From positions 1 through 39,800 of the forward strand of contig QPMI01000471.1 of the NCBI GenBank assembly GCA_004431415.1: a DNA stretch of 39,800 nt, read 5' to 3'. Origin of the DNA: Cyanophora paradoxa CCMP329 (Eukaryota; Plantae; Glaucophyta). A program made the position numbers and the translations under genes. Positions 11,613 through 21,897 of the stretch are shown here, one piece after another. Numbering within the stretch: the stretch's first letter is position 1; every line of letters starts with the position of its first letter. The notes beneath the pieces were generated by a model, which saw nothing but the letters and a program-made list of their open reading frames with translations, did no database searches and was not told the DNA's origin.

Positions 11613-13194
11613 TCAGGCGAAGCCTCTTTCTCAAACCCAAAAACCGACGATCTAAATTCCTTTTTTAACCTTTTTTCCACTCAAGATCCCCCCTGCTTAA
11701 TAATTTCCGTGTCGCACTCCCTCGAGGCAGAATTAAGCATCCCGCGAAAATCGAATTTCCCTCTGGATCAATTCCGGTACTAACCTCCGACAAATGCAGT
11801 CCGAGTCCGAAGGTGGGACCGGTCCCGCCGGTCCCGCGACGAAATCGCGCCAGGGACGCCCAGAACGATACAGAATGACGCGCGAGGGCGAGCGCATCGC
11901 CGCAAGCTCGATTTCGGGCGCCGTCGACGCTCCAGTGCGAAGAGTCGCCGAAAAATTTGATCCGGCCGGTTCCGGCCGGTCCCGCGACGCGCGCAATCCA
12001 TGCGTACTGGCGCGTCCCCCCTGCTTAATAATTTCCGTGTCGCACTCCCTCGAGGCAGAATTAATAATTCTGCCTCGACACGGACGCGATTGCTGCTAGT
12101 CACTCAGCCACACGAACCCCCACAGACCTCTCTAGATCCATTTTTAGCGTCGTAGCTGCCCTAAGACGACCGCTCCCCCGTAGGCATCCCGCGAAAATCG
12201 AATTTCCCTCTGGATCAATTCCGGTACTTAACCTCCGACAAATGCAGTCCGAGTCCGAAGTGGGACCCGGTCCCGCCCGTCCGCGACGAAATCGGCCAGG
12301 GACGCCCCAGAACGATACAGAATGACGCGCGAGGCGAGCGCATCGCCGCAAGCTCGATTTCGGGCGCCGTCGACGCTCCAGTGCGAAGAGTCGGCCGAAA
12401 TTTGATCCGGCCGGTTCCGGCCGGTCCGCGACGCGCGCAATCCATGCGTACTGGCGCGCATAGACATAGCAGCGCCTGCGCACCCCGAAATCCGCTTTTC
12501 GGAGCCGGAAGAGCGCAGAAGGTACCCGACGGCAAAAATTCGATCCTAGACAGGCCCGGAGATCTTTCCGCGCCCACGCCGCGGCGCATGCGCGGAACGA
12601 TAGCATAAGCATTTGAGATGTAGACAAAGCATTCCGCACGCTTTACAGATGCGCCGGACCGCGGGGACCCAGCCGACCCCGAAAATTCGATCCTTCACGA
12701 CCTGCACATCTTTCCGCGCGCCCTCGCATCCTCACGCGAGCGCATCGCTACAGTATTCAGTTGAGATCTTTTTAAAGCTTTTCGCAAGCTCTGCGGCGCG
12801 ACAGGGCACGAGAACCCAGCCGACGCAAAAATTCGATCCTGAACGGGCCTGCACATCTTTCCGCGCGCCCACGCCGCGGCGCATGCTCAGAGCTTTCCGC
12901 GCGCCCTCGCATCGTCACGCGAGCGCATCGCTACAATATGCATTTGAGATCGTTTTAAAGCTTTCCGCGAGCTCTGCGGGCGCGACAGCGCACGACAACC
13001 CAGCCGACGCCAAAAATTCGATCCTGGCCACGCCTGCACATCTTTCCGCGCGCCCTCGCCTCCGCAGCCCCGCACATCGATGCTATATGCATTCGCTGGC
13101 CAGTCGCTGAGTGCCCTATAGGCCTACTGTGACAGCCGCGAGGGCGTCCGCGAGGCTTCGCCGTACTTAGTGCTCCGCAGGAGCACGGATCTTG
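11613..13194 (+). mobile_element. Non-autonomous Helitron/Helentron-like rolling-circle element inserted in the left TIR
   Basis: Absent from the right TIR (empty site TTATTATA^TTTATG) and no TSD. It starts TC and ends CTTG. Hairpin GTGCTCC-GCA-GGAGCAC lies at 13170-13186. Asymmetric 11-bp inverted repeats GGCGAAGCCTC (11616-11626) and GAGGCTTCGCC (13152-13162) are present. It is GC-rich with internal direct repeats. Confidence 0.85.
11687..12458 (+). repeat. Internal direct repeats of the Helitron-like insert (about 50 bp: 11687-11736 / 12015-12064; about 277 bp: 11737-12014 / 12184-12458)
   Basis: Near-identical copies are readable by eye. A further degenerate repeat family (CCCAGCCGAC..AAAATTCGATCCT..CACATCTTTCCGCGCGCCC) spans about 12520-13060. 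Confidence 0.85.
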
Positions 13195-14175
13195 TTTATG
13201 ATTGATTTCAATGTAATTAATGTATAAAGTATAGAGATTATGTATGTTAAATTAATACCGGGTGGGGTGTGAGGGTGGGGTGTGAAAGTGGTATCAGCCA
13301 ACCATTTAATAATTACGATATTGAACCGACGTGATACCGACGAGATATGATATATTCAGATCGTATTAGAACGGCGCGATCACTAAGAAAAACAAGTATC
13401 ATGTGCTGTATATTTCGCGATCCCTGAATCGCGAATCGATAGGGTGGGGTGAGAAAGTGGGGCACCACCCTCACTGTATACACTGTGATATGATCGCAAT
13501 CCCGATGTAGCCTACTATGATATCGTGCGGACTTCGATAGGGTGGGGTAAGTGGGGTGAGGTGGGCATTTTTTTGAATCCCTTAAATTTTTGGGGGTCAA
13601 ATATTTTTGGGCAAAAAAGACCCCACCCAACCCCACCCTCCCCACCCTGTATTACTTATCGATACACCTCACTTATTTCAATGTATAAACTCTATTAAAT
13701 TAGATAGTAAATATGTATAGAAATAACGAGATTGTAGTATAGGGTGGGTGTAGGGTGGGGGCAAAATGCAAACTGAATCAGTGCGATATAATTTAGTGAA
13801 CACAAAGTGGATATGAAGTGGATACGAAGTGGATACGAAGGGATAAGTGCGCCCCGCCCACTATGCAAGATACATGCAAACTACATGCGAGTTCTATGAA
13901 AACAATAACGATTTAGTCATGTATATATTTCGTATATATGTCCGCACCTCCGTGTGTGTGATCCCGCACAACTTTGCTTTTTTGTGTTTTTTTTGTTTTT
14001 TTCGCATATCACGACATATACATATATACACCGGCGTCACCGACATATTCGGGGTCATCACATCGCGGCGATTCCGAAAACATATAGCATGCGATAGCGT
14101 AGTATTTTTACGTTGTCTGATCGTAATGTGATAAATTAGCTGTTATGGCTGATCGTAATGTGATAAGAGATCATC

Positions 14176-14440
14176 GATAGTAGGCTGACAGTAGGCTGAG
14201 AGTAGGCTGATAGTAGGCTGACAGTAGACTGACAGTAGGCTGACAGGGTGATAGTATAGGCTGACAGGGTGATAGTATAGGCTGACAGGCTGATAGTATA
14301 GGCTGACAGGCTGATAGTATAGGCTGACAGGGTGATAGTATCGGCTGATAGTATAGGCTGACAGGATCAGGATTGGCTGATGACAGGCTGACAGGATCGG
14401 GATTGGCTGAGGACAGGCTGACAGGATCAGGATTGGCTAT
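14176..14440 (+). repeat. Compound minisatellite: 11-bp (AGTAGGCTGAC) x about 6, 21-bp (AGTATAGGCTGACAGGGTGAT) x about 5, 30-bp (AGGCTGACAGGATCAGGATTGGCTGATGAC) x about 3
   Basis: Directly visible tandem units that share the AGGCTGA core. Confidence 0.9.
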
Positions 14441-14828
14441 AATAAAGCGTGCTCAGGTTACGGTGTCCAATCAAAAACGCACACAATTCAATCGGCGAAA
14501 GGGGGCATACGGGAAAAGCGAAAGGGGGGATACCAAAACACCGATTTTCGATGGAAATCGTCAAACGCTTGTATCTCATCACCAGCTCATCACCCTGCAA
14601 AACTGAAAATAGCGCCGTGACCGTCTTAACGAGGCTAGCACGTCCATATAAGTTTCATAGGCTCAAAAATAATGTGTAAAATGCATAGTTTTTAAAAATG
14701 CGATCGCGGGGCTCTAAGCCTCTGACTCCCAGTGACTCGGTGAGCCGCTGAGCCAACTCGGCGGTCGGCGGTAGCCTATACTATCATAGTATGACACTTG
14801 CCAGTTGCATTTTAAGTTGCAAAGTTGG

Positions 14829-14872
14829 AGTCCCGAGTCCCGAGCCCCGAGTCCCGAGTCCCGAGTCCCGAC
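14829..14872 (+). repeat. 7-bp tandem repeat (GAGTCCC) x about 6
   Basis: Directly visible, with one variant unit (GAGCCCC). Confidence 0.85.
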
Positions 14873-15298
14873 TCGATAACACCGGCGATCGCGACTTCGC
14901 GGAGACCCCCCCTTTCGTTTTCCGGGCATAACTTTGGACAGCAAGCCGATCTCGGCGCGCTCTCAATTGCTACGTGCTCGTAACTTGCTTCCGGGCATGT
15001 TGGTGCTAGTTTGACTAGCTAACTCAACCGTGGCAAGAAGTGCAAATTCGCCATAGGCACAAGTGCCCGAAAATCGAGGTGTCCGCTACATTCTGAGAGC
15101 CGGCGCGCGTTCCCATGAGGCTCCACTAGTCATACTTTGCAACCGTGCGCGTATAGAGTAGTTCTACGCTACTACAAAGCGGCGCGGTCTGATTCGCAAA
15201 GGGCGCGATTTGGCGGCTACGAAAGCACCGCGGCGCCTACTACTTTCGTGGTCTCAAAGTCGCTTTTCGATCGCCATTAGCTACCGGCGCTACCGTTG

Positions 15299-16720
15299 CT
15301 ACTTTCTACTACTTCTTAATGTAGCTTTGGTTTCCGGCGCTTTATAGCTCTCAGTTTGATTAGAGAACGACTTATACCATCGTTGGCTATTCACGCCGCC
15401 GGATAGCTTAGGCTCGGCGGCTGTTACTAGCCGCTGTAATTCTTTATTTACGCGTTTCTCTTTTTGCACGCGATCTTCTAATAGAGTGCCTTGCGGCACA
15501 GCCGCGGCGGCTTCTATGCCCTCTCTACGCAATTGCGCATCGACCCGCGCCTCGTCCTTTGCCGCTTCTAATGCATCTACTGTGGGCGCCATTAGGTAAT
15601 CCACAGCTTGGACAGGCAATAGCTCGTGGAAGGCAAAGCGACCCTCTACGCGATTGCCGTCCGGATCAGTTAGCATAAACTTATAGCCCTCGCGCGCGGC
15701 GACAGTATATACGATTCGGCTCCAATTGTTACCGCCCTTAGCGAATGGCGTCTTCTCGATCCGTAGCCTTACTGACATGCCCGGCTGAATCTGATCCAAA
15801 TAAGCTATCGATTTCTTGAATTTCGCATCTTCTTTTTGCACTATAAGCTTATAGTGACTCTCGTTGGTCTCGGCGGGCATATAGCCGGTCGCAGAGTGCA
15901 CCGTATTATTATAATTATATTCCAGAGACGAAAGGACATCTATAAATCGCGCCGTATTATTCGCGATGCAGTAGCTCGTGATCAGCCGCCGCATTTGCTT
16001 GTTAAATGCTTCTATGCGCCCTTGCGCGCGATGGTCGGCTGTGTCCGCTATCTGATGCTCGATAAACTGATTCTCGAAATATTTGCGCATAATATCATTG
16101 CGGAATTCGCTTCCCGCATCGCTTTGCACTTTGAAAATTGGTCTCGGCGCCTTATTTTGCAGCTGTATAAAGGCGGCTAAGGTCGACGCCGCGGACTTAT
16201 CCCGCATCGGGATAATGAACCCGACCCGTAATGTGTTCTCCATAGCCGTGAGAAAAGCACTGTAATTATCATTATACTTCGAGTAAGCGGGAAAGAATAG
16301 CAGATCAATTACGTAGGTATCGAGAGGCTGTCGGATCGGTATAGCAGGGTCTCGTTTGCGGGATAGGTGCGGCGCATTAATCTGAACGACCTCTTGCCGG
16401 CTATACCACTCTTGCAATTTCTTATAATTCTCATTGGGCAGCTCTTGCCGTAGCTTAGTGATCCCTTTGAAACCGGTTTGCGGATCGTAGAATTTACGCG
16501 CGATTTTCGATTGCTCCGGGACAGCAAGGGCTACGGGCACGTCGCGGGGCACCAAAGCCTTTAAATCAGACCGCTTTACTATGCGGCTCTCTTTATTCTC
16601 TTTCGGCACGGGGATCGGCAATGTGCTCCCCTCTAAATCTTGCGATCGTCTTACTATTGGCGGTCTTGACATCCTTGTCATCAGACAATAAAAAAGATCA
16701 ATGTAACATTTTACATGCAC
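15299..16720 (-). CDS. Retroviral-like (rve) DDE integrase, Polinton type
   Basis: YVIDLL (D), VQSDAGSEF (D), GRIEAFNK (E), YNNTVHSATGYMP and the C-terminal GMSVRL..FAKG..NWS module. The real start may be at 16681 or 16672. Confidence 0.93.
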   Translation of the reverse strand: MHVKCYIDLFYCLMTRMSRPPIVRRSQDLEGSTLPIPVPKENKESRIVKRSDLKALVPRDVPVALAVPEQSKIARKFYDPQTGFKGITKLRQELPNENYKKLQEWYSRQEVVQINAPHLSRKRDPAIPIRQPLDTYVIDLLFFPAYSKYNDNYSAFLTAMENTLRVGFIIPMRDKSAASTLAAFIQLQNKAPRPIFKVQSDAGSEFRNDIMRKYFENQFIEHQIADTADHRAQGRIEAFNKQMRRLITSYCIANNTARFIDVLSSLEYNYNNTVHSATGYMPAETNESHYKLIVQKEDAKFKKSIAYLDQIQPGMSVRLRIEKTPFAKGGNNWSRIVYTVAAREGYKFMLTDPDGNRVEGRFAFHELLPVQAVDYLMAPTVDALEAAKDEARVDAQLRREGIEAAAAVPQGTLLEDRVQKEKRVNKELQRLVTAAEPKLSGGVNSQRWYKSFSNQTESYKAPETKATLRSSRK

Positions 16721-16744
16721 GAGGCAATAGAAGGTTTTGTTTGT

Positions 16745-17350
16745 TTACGGTAAATCAGAGAAGAAGATATTAGCAACGACACCATTTCGGTTGGCTCCAT
16801 TTATATACCACATGTGGCTGTTACGACTCCACTTCGCTCCATTATCTTTTAAGAATTTACGCAACGTTGTGCGGCGTGTAATATTAATTCCATGCTCTTC
16901 GAATTTCCGATGATATTTGGACAGATCGCGTTTAACATGGAAATATAGAATGTCGATCGGTTGTTGTTCATGCTCACGCTTCATGGCTCTCACTACATCT
17001 ACCATGCTATACTGAGTGCATCTAACATGACCCCAGAAATCCACAACAGGTAAATATCCTCCTGTATCATCATCGACCAGGATGATATTATACCTATATC
17101 TGTAAGGGTTCCCAGTGGCTTTAACATAAGCGAATACGTTATCTGATGATCGGATTACTATTTTATGCGGTTCTTCAATGAAGAAGCCAATCGACTTCAC
17201 ATCTTCTCTACGAATGTATGTATTCACAAATGAGAATTGAACATGCTCACTATCAAAGGAGAAAATGACATCTAACAGTTCCACCATGTTTAATGACATT
17301 TCAGAGAGAGGGAAACTAATGATAGGGTTACCATTAAAGCGATAAGCCAT
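16745..17350 (-). CDS. Hypothetical viral protein with a C-terminal DUF5710-like motif
   Basis: 201-aa ORF preceded by the element's conserved upstream motif. FLKDNGAKWSRNSHMWYI resembles the GA.W....K.WY pattern. Confidence 0.65.
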   Translation of the reverse strand: MAYRFNGNPIISFPLSEMSLNMVELLDVIFSFDSEHVQFSFVNTYIRREDVKSIGFFIEEPHKIVIRSSDNVFAYVKATGNPYRYRYNIILVDDDTGGYLPVVDFWGHVRCTQYSMVDVVRAMKREHEQQPIDILYFHVKRDLSKYHRKFEEHGINITRRTTLRKFLKDNGAKWSRNSHMWYINGANRNGVVANIFFSDLP

Positions 17351-17354
17351 TGCC

Positions 17355-17447
17355 TTTTACTTTAAGCTGAGAAAATATTTTCCTGTTGCCTAAATGTAGC
17401 GCGTTCTCCTTAAATCATTTTGCGTTGCCCACGGGGCTTTCAATTTT
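17355..17447 (-). promoter_or_regulatory. Conserved viral upstream motif (AAAATTGA...ATTTAAGGA...AAATATTTTCTCAGCTTAAAGTAAAA-ATG)
   Basis: A near-identical ATG-proximal motif recurs at 24526-24553 and 24969-24993, with weaker copies before other genes. Confidence 0.65.
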
Positions 17448-17753
17448 TGACGATCCGCGGTGAGATTCTCACGTTTACTGTCAATAAAATCAGGCTACCT
17501 GAGCGTTTATTGTCAAGATTTTCGCAATTGTTGTAAACTTTACAAGTAAATACTGTAAAACGCGCAATAAAAAAGGCGCAGTAAACAGTAAAATGGACGC
17601 CCCGATATGGGACGCGCACCCGATCCCCAATTACTTCCTAATCGACCCTGACGACCCCGGATTAAAGTGCATATGGCTTTTACATATCCTAAGGCGACAG
17701 CTCCTTCAATTAGAGCGCAAACCAAGAAAAAGAACGCATGATAAGATAGACGA

Positions 17754-20700
17754 CTAACAGCCGAATGGAAGGCTATGTATGCCGTCGCCTGATATGCAGC
17801 GCTTGCCATCGAATTGGGTCAGCGCTATCCGCTTGCTCTCCAAATCATATAAGTGGTGGCATCGCCGTTGCTTGTTTACTACTGTTACTGTTTTTGTGAT
17901 CCCGTCAAATAGGCAGCGCTTAAAGTCGTCGAAATGCACCTCTTTCGAGGCTGTCCCGCTCATTTTTACCTTGTCGTAGCTCTCAGTGCGGAAAGCATAT
18001 AGCTTCGGTCGCAGCCCCACATACTCCACTATCTTGACGTCGGGCATCTCATTTTTATATTTACCGGAACCATCCGGTTCTCGGGGCTATAAGGGCAATC
18101 TAAATGAGGGCTGATCTCTCGCATGCCCGCTTCCAGATTCGCGCTCTCTATATACAGACAGAACGAGTCGGTATCGTGGAACAGCAGCTGAGCTTGCGAC
18201 CAGGTGGGTCGGATCACGTCGTAAAAGAAGCTATAATTATGCAGCTTCGCGGCATCCAGCACATAAGCGCCAATAGCCACCGGTTTATCGAGTTTTACGT
18301 GTTTACTATACATTTCGAATGCAACAGCGCTTTCGTTTAATACATTCGTCGCTTTTACCAGTGGGCTCGCGGCGTATTTCTTAAACAGCTTCGTGCTATT
18401 CGCGATCTTTACCACTGAGCGCCCTCGACACGATTCCAGGCATTTACCGTAAATAGCATTGTTCATTAATTTAAAGAAGTCGCTCTCGAATTTATTCCGG
18501 GCTTCCTTTCGCAGCTTCGTGTTCAGATCTATATAGGGCTTCATAAATGCAGCGGTTGCAAACGAGAGCACACGGTGGATCTTAGTAACTACGATCCCCT
18601 TTTTTACCATATAGAGCAGCATCGGCTGAGACACCACGTAATTATATTTCGGAGTAAACGAGGCGATCAGCTTCGGATCTTTACTGAGCTTCTCGCCGCT
18701 AATCTCCAAAAGCCCACGCTGATATTTCCCGAGCATGTCCGCAGTAATTACCTCTTTACTCACGATCAGCGGGAAATCGCGATGGTCGCCCTTTAAATAG
18801 TCCGGATACGCAAGGTCGACCTCTATAAATGCACTCCGCCCTACAACCTCGGTAAAAGCTGTGCTCGTGTCGTCCCAGCGATAGTCCCCGACCGGTAAAG
18901 GCTGACTTAGCGCATAGCCATATAGATTATTCGCATCCAATAGCACTATATGTTTATCCTCGCTATTAGCATCGGCATATCGTGTGGGCATGGTCGCAAA
19001 GCCGCCCCTAATTGCCCGCTCAATAAATTCGTATTGATCCGCATCGCTGATCTGTTCTATTGCGACCCTCGTATGCTTTAACATCGCGTCCCACGATAGT
19101 CCCGGTGCGCTCACATAATGCGTGGGATCCAGTCCGTATTGCTCATGGGCGAGCATGCTGAATTTACCGAATTTTACCATGAGATCATTAACATCGGACG
19201 CCTGAAAATCCATGAAATTCGAGGCGTCTATAAACTTGTAAAGTCCCCACTGTAAAGAGAGATACTCGTCGAAATTCTTACTTAGGATCTCGACCCGCAG
19301 CTTGTCGTCTTGCTGTGCGATTTTCCTGAATATAGCATGCCCGCACTCGTCCATCCGATCAATGACCACGGCTACTTTCGTTTGCTTTGAGATCCGCCTG
19401 TGTAAATTGCATTTTCGGCAAGCTTTCCCTATATAATCGCCGCTTTGGTGACAGTGATCGCGCACAGGGAAGTTTTCGTGGGTAAATCGCTGATTGCATA
19501 TATAGCAGTGTTTGGTGATTTTATAGGCTTGCTTTTGCGCCTCTGTGAGCGGAATCATAGGTGTATTAGTAAATAGGGTATTAAGCATCTCGCGGCACAG
19601 TTCCCCTAACGTGGTAAACATCTGACCCAGCGGATCCACGCCCTCGAATTCGTGATTTTCAACATGCGAGCCCATAACTACATTAAGTGCCACCGACTTT
19701 ACCTCTCGCTTGGTTCGATTTGGTTCATTAGGAACCGGCACCGACTCCATCTCTACCTTGCAGTAGCAGACAGTAGGAAGCCACACCATTTTCCTTAGGT
19801 GTTGCAGTCCGAAAGTAATAAAGCTTCCGGGCTCCGGGCATTTACCTTTACTCAGCCGCCAATCGATACAGCGATTAGAGTCGGTGTGGCTATCGAGTTT
19901 CTCCTGTGATCTAAACCGGGACAAGCAGGTTTCGCAGTAGAAAATGCGCCCGTCGTTTGCTTTATCAAAGGTGGTCTTTAATAGGCGGCTCAGTGACATA
20001 ATCGTAATATAGTGACCCTGTCCGTTTGCGTCCTCGATCAGCAGCAGGTTTACCTTCGATTTACGACGCGGATTACTTGACATGTGCAGTGGATAAAAGG
20101 TTTGGGTCGCATTGTCGGCGCCATATATATTAATTGACAGCTCGGGATTATTGTCCTCGAAACGATCTATTAATGCAGCATCGCAAGCCACCGGGAAATT
20201 AATGCCTGAGAAGTCCAGCTCAGTCATCCACCGCCTATATTGGAACGGATCATTACGTTTGTGTCTGTTTATGTCGTTTCTGTGCAGCCATGCGAGGATA
20301 GCGTAATTAAAGCAGTCGTGACCATCGATATTCTTAATATTTACTGTGGCTCGCTTTAATCCAATCCATTCGGGGGTCTCAATGTAGCAACCGCCCATCG
20401 GCGCATATGATAAAACGACGACATGTAGCTTATCTAATTTACTGAGCCGATAGCTGTCGACCTGTATCATCTGTTCATTCATTTGCTGAGCTACACCCAC
20501 TAACTCAGTGAGAATATTGCGCGACCTTGTGATTACGAAATAATCGCTATAAATGTGTTTAGTGATAAAAACGTTAGGATCACTCACTTTTACATATCGG
20601 CAGATGAAAGTAAGGCGCACCTTAATAGCTTTAAGCTCGTCCAGCCGTTCTTTCAGCCGCCCAGGCAGGTTTGCAGCGATGGTAGTGAGAAATTCCACCG

Positions 20701-21016
20701 GATCTACGATTATCTGTTCATCCGCCTTATAGCTATACCAGGCGTATGCTTTATTCATTGCAAAACCGTCTTCCTCATCGGGTTCTATGACGGCTAAGCG
20801 CCGCCCTTCGGTATAGAAGCGCTCCACATTTTCCAGGCGATTATAGAGCTCGTCGGCAATATTTCCAAGGTTAGCTAAGCGGGGTTTTCGATCTAAGATC
20901 GCCGCCCTTCGATCATATTCGGCTTCGGTGATCTCCCCAGTGACTAAAAGACTACCTAACAAGCCTAATATTTCGTCTTTTTTCTCTTTTATAAGGCGAT
21001 TAGTTTGGCGGGGCAT
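17754..21016 (-). CDS. Protein-primed-type family B DNA polymerase (Polinton/adintovirus type), one frameshift near 18065
   Basis: LDANNLYG, KLMNNAIYGK, FHDTDS and GLRPKLY motifs. Endonuclease VII-like Zn insert CYIC...RDHCH..G...C..CN. N-terminal NIKN.D..CF...GHY (OTU-like). ORF 18029..21016 continues in 17754..18047 if one G is added (VPGKYKNEM). Confidence 0.93.
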
Positions 21017-21146
21017 CTTTTACTTTAAGGGAACATTTTTATTTCGGGAAAGGACGCGTTCAAAAATGTGGAAACATATTTAAGGACAACTCAAAAAAAT
21101 GACACATAGGAAAACATTTTATGTGTATCAGATATAGAGAAACACA

Positions 21147-21641
21147 ATGAATACCCAAGAGATAATAGAATATTGTAAGACACTTACAAATATTCCCGTA
21201 ACAGAAGCAACAAAAGAATGCACAGACAAGAACTATCTCAAATGGGAAAAGAAGAATGCGCGTAAGAAGGTAATCTTTGTTATATCACAAACGCGTAAAC
21301 ATCAGGACATGTTTTTACATCTTAATATGGCTTCCCAGTTTTACCATCCGCATAGGCAGCACATATGCGCATTGGTTTACAAAGGATATAAAATGTTAAT
21401 ACCACTTGACATTACGAAAGAGAAATGCATTGAGGTAATACAAAATGTTATATCCGGCTATTCTAAAAAACAAGATGGGGAAGTTAAGTGTGTGATTTGT
21501 TTAGAGGTTATAGAAACGGAAGATTTAGCTTGTGCGCAGTGTAATAGTTCTGTGTGTGAATCTTGCATATCCAAAATGACTTATAAACAACGTTTTACCT
21601 GTCCAGTTTGTCGTATTGGGAGCTTGCAACAATACCATTAA
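21147..21641 (+). CDS. RING-finger protein (putative E3 ubiquitin ligase)
   Basis: C-terminal CVIC-x9-CAQC-x4-CESC-x11-CPVCR. Confidence 0.8.
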   Translation: MNTQEIIEYCKTLTNIPVTEATKECTDKNYLKWEKKNARKKVIFVISQTRKHQDMFLHLNMASQFYHPHRQHICALVYKGYKMLIPLDITKEKCIEVIQNVISGYSKKQDGEVKCVICLEVIETEDLACAQCNSSVCESCISKMTYKQRFTCPVCRIGSLQQYH

Positions 21642-21680
21642 TGGCAAGTGCCTAAGTTAGCTTACTGACGTTTTTTGTTT

Positions 21681-21897
21681 TTCGATAGGGTGGGGAGGGT
21701 GGGGTGAGGTGGGGCATTTTTTGAGTTCCAATAAAAAATTCTCCCACCCAAACATTTTGGGCAAAAAAGACCCCACCCAACCCACCCTCCCACCCTGTAT
21801 TAACAACCATGATTTACACTGAAATTCAATGTGTTTTAAGTTATAAAAATAAGATATATCAATGTTAGAATGAAACCAGGTGGGGTGTAGGGTGGGG
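21681..21897. promoter_or_regulatory. Putative replication origin: inverted GGGTGGGG iteron clusters with AT-rich spacers, directly behind the helicase stop codon
   Basis: The layout is 3x GGTGGGG, spacer, 3x CCC(C)ACCC, AT-rich tract, 2x GGTGGGG. The same module recurs three times in each TIR. Function is inferred. Confidence 0.6.

Larger units (their letters stand above)
10855..13877 (+). repeat. Left terminal inverted repeat (about 1.44 kb, interrupted by a 1.58-kb insertion at 11613-13194)
   Basis: About 10914-11612 plus 13195-13877 is the reverse complement of 38406-39800, differing almost only in homopolymer lengths. Confidence 0.95.

Noticed and set aside
11087-13645. Short ORFs in the left TIR and Helitron-like insert, and their mirrors at 38639-39623
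   Set aside because: They derive from repeats, differ between TIR copies by indels, and show no RepHel or other motifs.
14176-14440. CRISPR-like array
   Set aside because: The units are head-to-tail tandem repeats without unique spacers, and no cas genes are present.
17540-17809. 89-aa hydrophobic ORF downstream of pPolB
   Set aside because: It overlaps the polymerase C-terminus, lacks the viral upstream motif and has no recognisable features.
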